From Archangium sp. (GTDB lineage: Bacteria > Myxococcota > Myxococcia > Myxococcales > Myxococcaceae), in assembly GCA_031367385.1 (NCBI GenBank), contig JANLPS010000183.1, positions 1-31,440 of the forward strand: a stretch of 31,440 nt of DNA, written 5' to 3'. Made by a program: the position numbers and the translations under genes. The notes below the pieces were generated by a model. That model did not search any database, was not told the origin of the DNA, and saw only the letters and a program-made list of their open reading frames with translations. Shown here in pieces: positions 27,793 to 31,440 of this stretch. Each line of letters begins with the position of its first letter. The stretch's first letter is position 1.

Positions 27793-29019
27793 GTGCGTCT
27801 TGAACCTGCCAGACGATTCGTCGGGCTCGTTCGCCCGGCCCATGGAGGGGCGCTCCTAAGGCTTGGCCCGCAGCCCTTATCGCTGGCCTTCTCGGCGCCA
27901 TCACGTGGGGTTTGGGCGACGGGCATCGGCATCACTGCCGAGGGCGGGGCTTCACTGCCTGCCAGCACCCTCGAGTGGGTCGAGCCGCCTCCTGCAGTGC
28001 CTCCTGGGCCGTACTTTGGTGGCTGGGGCTTCGATGCGCAGCGAGGGTGGGCGGGGTTTCAAGACGAGCGGTGGGTGCTGCCCGAGGTCTTGGCCTGGTG
28101 GGACGGCGCTCGAGCGTGGGTCGCGGCGTTTGGGCCCGAAGGCACGAGCCCGTCAGCGCTTCGAGATCGGTTGGCGCAGATTGAAGAGGTCGAGCCAGTC
28201 ACCGACGGTGCCGCGGTCGAGCGAAAACACAGCGGCAATCGCGCTGATTTTCGCCGGTTGGTTGACGACGCCGTCTCGGCGATTCGCCAGGGGCAATTCA
28301 GCAAAGTGGTGGTCGCGCGGGCGATCGAAGTGACCGGCTCGCGCGAGCTCAACGAACGGGCGCTGCTCAAGTCGCTCGAGGTTCGCAATCAACAGAGCTT
28401 CACGTTTTTGGTTCGCGGCAATGACGGCAGCGCTTTCATCGGCTCGTCGCCCGAGCTGTTGTGCGAAGTGAAAGACGGCGTTCTGACCGCCGATGCCTTG
28501 GCTGGCACTTCGAGCCTCGATGGCGTCGAGGCGTTGCTGAGGTCTGACAAAGATCTGCGTGAGCACCGTGAAGTGGTCGATGGCATTCGGGCGTCGTTGG
28601 GCCCGTTCGTGACGGCGCTTGAGAATGCCGCGACGCCCAGCCTGCGAAAATTGCCGAACGTGGTGCATTTGCATACCTCGATACGGGCTGAGCTTCGCCC
28701 GGGTGTTGAGGCGCTCGAGGTGGCGAGGGCGTTGTCACCGACCGCGGCGGTCTGCGGTGCGCCGCGAGCTCCGGCGCGTGAGTGGCTCCGGGCGCATGAG
28801 GGTTTCGCGCGAGGGTGGTACGCGGGGGCGGTGGGTTTCACGGGGCCGAATGGCACGATGTTGTCAGTGGCGATTCGTTCGGCCCTTGTTCGAGGCAACC
28901 TTGCGACCGTGTTCGTCGGCGCCGGCATCGTCGAGGGGTCGACGGCTGAGGGTGAGTGGGTCGAGACCGAGCAGAAAGCGCGAACGCTCTTGAGCGCATT
29001 GGGAGTCGACCATGCGTGA
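27793..29019 (+). CDS. menF: Isochorismate synthase (menaquinone pathway)
   Basis: KVVVAR, GSSPELL, ALAGT, KDLREH, PTAAVCG, RGWYAG, VAIRS and GAGIVEGS...EWVETEQK. Upstream of menD. Start approximate. Confidence 0.88.
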   Translation: MRLEPARRFVGLVRPAHGGALLRLGPQPLSLAFSAPSRGVWATGIGITAEGGASLPASTLEWVEPPPAVPPGPYFGGWGFDAQRGWAGFQDERWVLPEVLAWWDGARAWVAAFGPEGTSPSALRDRLAQIEEVEPVTDGAAVERKHSGNRADFRRLVDDAVSAIRQGQFSKVVVARAIEVTGSRELNERALLKSLEVRNQQSFTFLVRGNDGSAFIGSSPELLCEVKDGVLTADALAGTSSLDGVEALLRSDKDLREHREVVDGIRASLGPFVTALENAATPSLRKLPNVVHLHTSIRAELRPGVEALEVARALSPTAAVCGAPRAPAREWLRAHEGFARGWYAGAVGFTGPNGTMLSVAIRSALVRGNLATVFVGAGIVEGSTAEGEWVETEQKARTLLSALGVDHA

Positions 29020-29149
29020 GCGCGCTGGCGTGGTTCGACGTGGTGGAAAAAAGGGGACAGGCAGGTTTTGTCAGAGCTCGAGGGGAACTCTGCCCCAAAA
29101 CCAGCCTGTCCCCATTTTTCCACTCGCTGGGAGCACCAGTCATGTCTGA
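29012..29149 (+). CDS. Possible 45-aa linker ORF MRERAGVVRRGGKKGTGRFCQSSRGTLPQNQPVPIFPLAGSTSHV
   Basis: ATG 29012 is preceded by GGGAG (29001-29005) and overlaps the menF stop by 8 nt. Its TGA 29147-29149 overlaps the menD ATG by 8 nt. Codon bias is poor. Confidence 0.35.
   Translation: MRERAGVVRRGGKKGTGRFCQSSRGTLPQNQPVPIFPLAGSTSHV
29043..29123. repeat. 81-bp imperfect inverted repeat (REP/MITE-like hairpin)
   Basis: GTGGAAAAAAGGGGACAGGCAGGTTTTG (29043-29070) pairs with CAAAACCAGCCTGTCCCCATTTTTCCAC (29096-29123) at 26 of 28 positions. Inner CAGAGCTC/GAACTCTG stem. Confidence 0.85.
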
Positions 29150-30818
29150 GCACACCCTCAACCAGCGCTGGGCCGCGCAGCTCATCGGCGCCCTCGTCGC
29201 CGGCGGAGCCAGACACGCGGTCATCGCCCCCGGTTCTCGCTCGACGCCACTCGCGTTGGCCTGCGCAGATCGCCCAGATCTTCGCCTCTGGTCAGTCATC
29301 GATGAGCGCAGCGCGGCCTTCTTCGCCCTCGGCCTCGCCAAACCAACCCGCACGCCCGTCATCGTCATCTGCACCTCAGGCACCGCCGGAGCGCACTTCC
29401 TCCCGGCCGTCATCGAAGCCGCCGAAGGCGCGACGCCACTCGTTCTTCTCACCGCTGATCGACCCTGGGAGCTGCACGGCTTCGGAGCCCCGCAAACCAT
29501 CGACCAATCAAACCTCTTTGGCCGCTCCGTCAAAGTCGTCGAACCGTTGCCCACGCCCGACGAAGCGGCGCTTGAACACCTCCCCGCGGTCATCGCCCGC
29601 GCGCTCACCCTGGGCAAAGACGGCCCGGTACACTTCAACGTGCCGTTTCGCGAACCCCTCGCGTCACCCGAAGGCGCCCCAGGCCCGGTCATCACCTTCT
29701 CGCTCGCGGCTTTCGCCTCGACCCGCAGCTCGCCCGATCTCGCCCCCGTCACCGCAGCCATTCGCGAAGCCAAGCGAGGCATCATTGTCTGCGGCCCCCG
29801 CGAGCGCGACGATGACTTCGGAGCCGCCGTTCACGCCCTCGGTGCCAAGCTCGGCTACCCCGTGCTGGCCGAGGCCGCCTCGAACGCCCGCTACGCATTT
29901 CCCGAGGCGATCACCTGGTACGACGCGCTCGTTCGCTCGCCGGCCCTCGCGAAGTCACTCGAGCCCGACCTCGTCTTACGCTTCGGCGGCGGCCTGACCT
30001 CGAAGTTCCCCCAGCAGTGGCTCGATGCTTCACGTGCGAAAACATTCGTTTTTTCAGACGACGATCGGCTCTTCGACCCCTCGCATCGCAGCGCGGGGTT
30101 CTTCTTCGGCGCAGCCCCCGATCTCTGTCGGTCGCTCGAGAAGCAGGCCACCCTGGGCAACCAAGCGTTTCGAAACCGGTACCTCGAGCTGCAAGCGACG
30201 CTCGAGGCACGCATGACCAAGCTCACACCAACACTCACCGAGCCCCACATCGCGCGAGCCCTGGTGCAGGCGATGCCGCCGAACGCAGCGCTCTTCGTCT
30301 CGAGCAGCATGCCGATTCGAGACGTCGACGCCTTCGCCTCGCACGCGCGCGGCAAGGTGAAAGTCTTCGCGAACCGCGGAGTCAACGGCATCGACGGAGT
30401 CACCTCGACCGCGCTCGGAGTCTCCGCGGCGACCAACGCGCCGACTGCCCTGCTCATCGGCGATATCGCCGTCCTCCACGATCTCTCCGGCTGGCTCATC
30501 GCGAAGAAACATCGCCTCTCACTGACGGTGGTCGTGGTGAACAACGATGGCGGAGGTATTTTCCAGTTCCTCCCGGTCGCCGAGCGCACGCCGCACTTCG
30601 AAGCGCTCTTCGGTACACCGCACGGCGTCGACCTGGCCCACCTCGCCGCGCTTTCTGGAGCCACCTTGCATCGCCCGATGACGACCGACGCCTACGCGAA
30701 AGCGCTCGCCACCGGCTTCGAAGGCGGCCTGCACCTGATCGAGCTTCGCACCGAGCGCAAAGCAAACGTCGAGCACCACCGAGCCCTCGTCGCAGCGCTC
30801 ACTGAAGGGTTGTCATGA
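29142..30818 (+). CDS. menD: SEPHCHC synthase MenD
   Basis: IAPGSRSTPL, IDERSAAFFALG, CTSGTA, LTADRP, GPVHFNVPFREPL, SSMPIRD, ANRGVNGIDG, GD...HD and VNNDGGGIF. RBS GGGAG 29129-29133. Confidence 0.96.
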   Translation: MSEHTLNQRWAAQLIGALVAGGARHAVIAPGSRSTPLALACADRPDLRLWSVIDERSAAFFALGLAKPTRTPVIVICTSGTAGAHFLPAVIEAAEGATPLVLLTADRPWELHGFGAPQTIDQSNLFGRSVKVVEPLPTPDEAALEHLPAVIARALTLGKDGPVHFNVPFREPLASPEGAPGPVITFSLAAFASTRSSPDLAPVTAAIREAKRGIIVCGPRERDDDFGAAVHALGAKLGYPVLAEAASNARYAFPEAITWYDALVRSPALAKSLEPDLVLRFGGGLTSKFPQQWLDASRAKTFVFSDDDRLFDPSHRSAGFFFGAAPDLCRSLEKQATLGNQAFRNRYLELQATLEARMTKLTPTLTEPHIARALVQAMPPNAALFVSSSMPIRDVDAFASHARGKVKVFANRGVNGIDGVTSTALGVSAATNAPTALLIGDIAVLHDLSGWLIAKKHRLSLTVVVVNNDGGGIFQFLPVAERTPHFEALFGTPHGVDLAHLAALSGATLHRPMTTDAYAKALATGFEGGLHLIELRTERKANVEHHRALVAALTEGLS

Positions 30819-31440
30819 AACTCCCGACCACCACCTGGGGTCACGGCCACCTCAAGGCCCTCTTTCTGCACGGCTTCACCGGCAGCCACGAGACCTTCTC
30901 GCACCTCGAGCCCTTGCTCGGCGACGTGTTGACCGCGACCTGCGTCGATCTCCCTGGTCACATGGGCGCGCCATTGCCGTCATCGCAGGGTACCGACGGC
31001 TTTCTCGAGACCATCGATGCCCTCGCAGCGATGTTGCGCGAGCCGACCGTGGTGATCGGGTACTCGCAGGGCGCCCGCATTGCGTTGGGTCTCGCGATCA
31101 AGCACCCGCTGCTCGTCACGCGGTTGATTCTCGAGAGTGGGTCTCCGGGGCTCAGACAACGCCATGCGCGTGCCGGTCGACGCAGTCTCGACGACGGCTT
31201 GGCGCAGTTGATTCTCGACCGCGGCGTCGAGCCCTTCGTCGAAAAATGGGAGAACCACCCGCTCTTCACCGGCCTGCGCGCGTTGCCCGAAGCCGAGCGA
31301 GCAGCGCTGCGATCTCGCCGAGCGGCGCACACCCCCGAAGGGCTCGCCGGAGCGCTCCGAACCCTCGGCCAGGGTGTGCAGCCAGACTTCTGGCCCTCAC
31401 TCCCGACGATGCACGTGCCGACGTTGTTGATCAGCGGTTC
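30815..31440 (+). CDS. menH: SHCHC synthase MenH (3' end outside the window)
   Basis: Translated from ATG 30815 (ATGA overlap with menD): FLHGFTGS, VDLPGH, IGYSQGARIAL, LILESGSPG, FVEKWENHPLF. Confidence 0.88.
   Translation, partial: MKLPTTTWGHGHLKALFLHGFTGSHETFSHLEPLLGDVLTATCVDLPGHMGAPLPSSQGTDGFLETIDALAAMLREPTVVIGYSQGARIALGLAIKHPLLVTRLILESGSPGLRQRHARAGRRSLDDGLAQLILDRGVEPFVEKWENHPLFTGLRALPEAERAALRSRRAAHTPEGLAGALRTLGQGVQPDFWPSLPTMHVPTLLISG

Noticed and set aside
28956..29141. 62-aa N-terminal extension of MenD in the ORF track
   Set aside because: It overlaps menF and the hairpin; MenD-like sequence and a good RBS begin at ATG 29142.

Overview
High-GC myxobacterial (Myxococcales-like) chromosomal window, judged from the complete Frz chemosensory locus, the FHA-domain sigma54 activator and the Ser/Thr kinase-sigma pair. 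From left to right: (1) an unannotated 42-aa peptide with a double-Gly-type leader (core SLFCVTPWD) directly upstream of a cytoplasmic GMC flavin oxidoreductase, a candidate RiPP-like module cut by the window edge; (2) a myxobacterial ECF-like sigma factor divergent from a zinc-finger/Ser-Thr kinase/TPR protein; (3) a stand-alone peptidoglycan-binding protein with a structured 3' region; (4) frzZ and frzA-B-CD-E-G-F; (5) rpmE, a ChrR-like anti-sigma/ECF sigma pair, a DUF1385 protein, an alpha/beta hydrolase and a membrane protein; (6) a LysR regulator with a divergent lipoprotein and an FHA-sigma54 activator; (7) TCA genes icd, mdh and gltA, with small membrane and acidic zinc-ribbon genes; (8) a menaquinone cluster (menG, DAHP synthase, menF, menD, partial menH). 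The menF-menD spacer holds an 81-bp hairpin spanned by a 45-codon ORF that overlaps both flanking genes. I found no tRNA, rRNA, CRISPR array or transposase. All calls come from motifs read by eye; no database search was run.
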